From an uncultured Chloroflexia bacterium (GTDB taxonomy: Bacteria > Chloroflexota > Anaerolineae > CG2-30-64-16): 64,000 bases of DNA. Under the pieces are notes generated by a model. That model was not told where the DNA came from and made no database searches. It worked only from the letters and a program-made list of their open reading frames with translations. The DNA lies in NCBI GenBank assembly GCA_963810095.1, contig CAWEMM010000006.1, forward strand, positions 512,001 to 576,000, written 5' to 3'. The translations under genes and the position numbers were made by a program. Shown here in pieces: positions 63,074 to 64,000 of this stretch (position 1 is its first letter; each line of letters starts with the position of its first letter).

Positions 63074-64000
63074 TCAGGACGGGCGCAGCAGCAGGCCGGC
63101 ATCGTCGGGCACGCCGCCGCCGGGGGCCATGGTCGGGACGCCGTCGTTTGCGATGAGCTCGGTGTCGGCCCGGGCATACTTCACCAGCAGGTAGACGTTC
63201 GCCACGATGAGCGCCGCGTAGATCAGCGTGAAGCCCACGACGGTAGCGAAGACCTGTCCGGCAGGCACGGTGTTGGAGACGCCCTGGGCCGTCAGCATCA
63301 AGCCAAAGACGATCCACGGCTGGCGGCCTAACTCGGTCAGCAGCCACCCGCTGGTGTTTGCAAGATAGGGCAGGGCAATGGCGAACGGCAGCAGGGCCAG
63401 CATGAAGGAGGGGCGAAGGACATGGTTACGCAGCACCCGGATCAGCGCCCAGAGGGCCAGGGCAAGCATCAGGAAACCGGCACCCACCATGATGCGGAAG
63501 GTCCAATACGTCATGAACACGTTGGGCACGTAGTTGCCCGGCCCGTATTGCTGCTCGTACTGCGCCTGCAGGTCGTTGATGCCCTGGACCGTACAGTCCG
63601 GCTGGTTGCAGGCCAGAACGCTGAGCATGGAGGGGATGCGGATCGAGAAGACGTCCGTGCGGTTCTTCGTGTCGCCGATGGTGAAGAGCGACAGGCCCGC
63701 CTGGCTCTCGGTGTTCCACAGCGCCTCTGCAGAGGCCATCTTCATCGGCTGGGTTTGCACCATGTGCTGCGCCTGGCTGTGGCCGCCGAGGACCACGAGC
63801 ACCGTGCCGACGACCGCCGCCATCGCCGCGACCTGGAACGACTTGCGGAAGAACTCCTGGTCGCGATCGCGACGTGCGAGCCGCCAGGCGACGATGCCGA
63901 GCATGAAGAAGGCGGCGGTGCACAAGCCTGCGGTGAAGACATGCGGCCACTGGACCCAGACGTGCGGGTTGGTGACCAGCGCGCCGAAGTCGACCATTTC
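63074..64000 (-). CDS. cydA: Cytochrome bd ubiquinol oxidase subunit I (5' part outside window)
   Basis: QPMKMASAE, YWTFRIMVG, GWLLTELGRQPW. Confidence 0.96.
   Translation of the reverse strand, partial: EMVDFGALVTNPHVWVQWPHVFTAGLCTAAFFMLGIVAWRLARRDRDQEFFRKSFQVAAMAAVVGTVLVVLGGHSQAQHMVQTQPMKMASAEALWNTESQAGLSLFTIGDTKNRTDVFSIRIPSMLSVLACNQPDCTVQGINDLQAQYEQQYGPGNYVPNVFMTYWTFRIMVGAGFLMLALALWALIRVLRNHVLRPSFMLALLPFAIALPYLANTSGWLLTELGRQPWIVFGLMLTAQGVSNTVPAGQVFATVVGFTLIYAALIVANVYLLVKYARADTELIANDGVPTMAPGGGVPDDAGLLLRPS

Overview
A GC-rich, gene-dense bacterial chromosome segment. By inference it comes from a Chloroflexota (Anaerolineae/Caldilineae-like) organism: short-form EF-Ts, acidic RpsB tail, Arg-tip EF-P, many Pro/Thr-linker secreted proteins and class-typical intergenic palindromes. 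In order it holds: an ABC exporter; rpsB-tsf-pyrH-frr-uppS-cdsA-EamA; rnz and cyclophilins; an ~18 kb surface-glycan locus (WbpB/D/E/I-like diacetamido-uronate pathway, Wzx flippase, six glycosyltransferases, an O-antigen-ligase/TPR protein, WecA); udk; a degenerate ResB-CcsA fusion; tRNA-Thr(CGT); efp; an App1 phosphatase; a hemerythrin module; a class II UvrA; ftsH-glpX-rho; two LysM/M23 peptidases; a class A PBP; a glgC/glgD-like pair; feoABC; a SulP-rhodanese coupled to a degenerate second glpX; and cydAB. At least 14 single-base frameshifts split otherwise intact genes and are most likely assembly indels. I found no CRISPR array, transposase, integrase or phage gene. The most notable signals are several families of intergenic palindromic mini-elements, four apparent pseudo-enzymes, and a possible protein O-glycosylation system. 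All assignments come from reading motifs by eye; no database searches were run.
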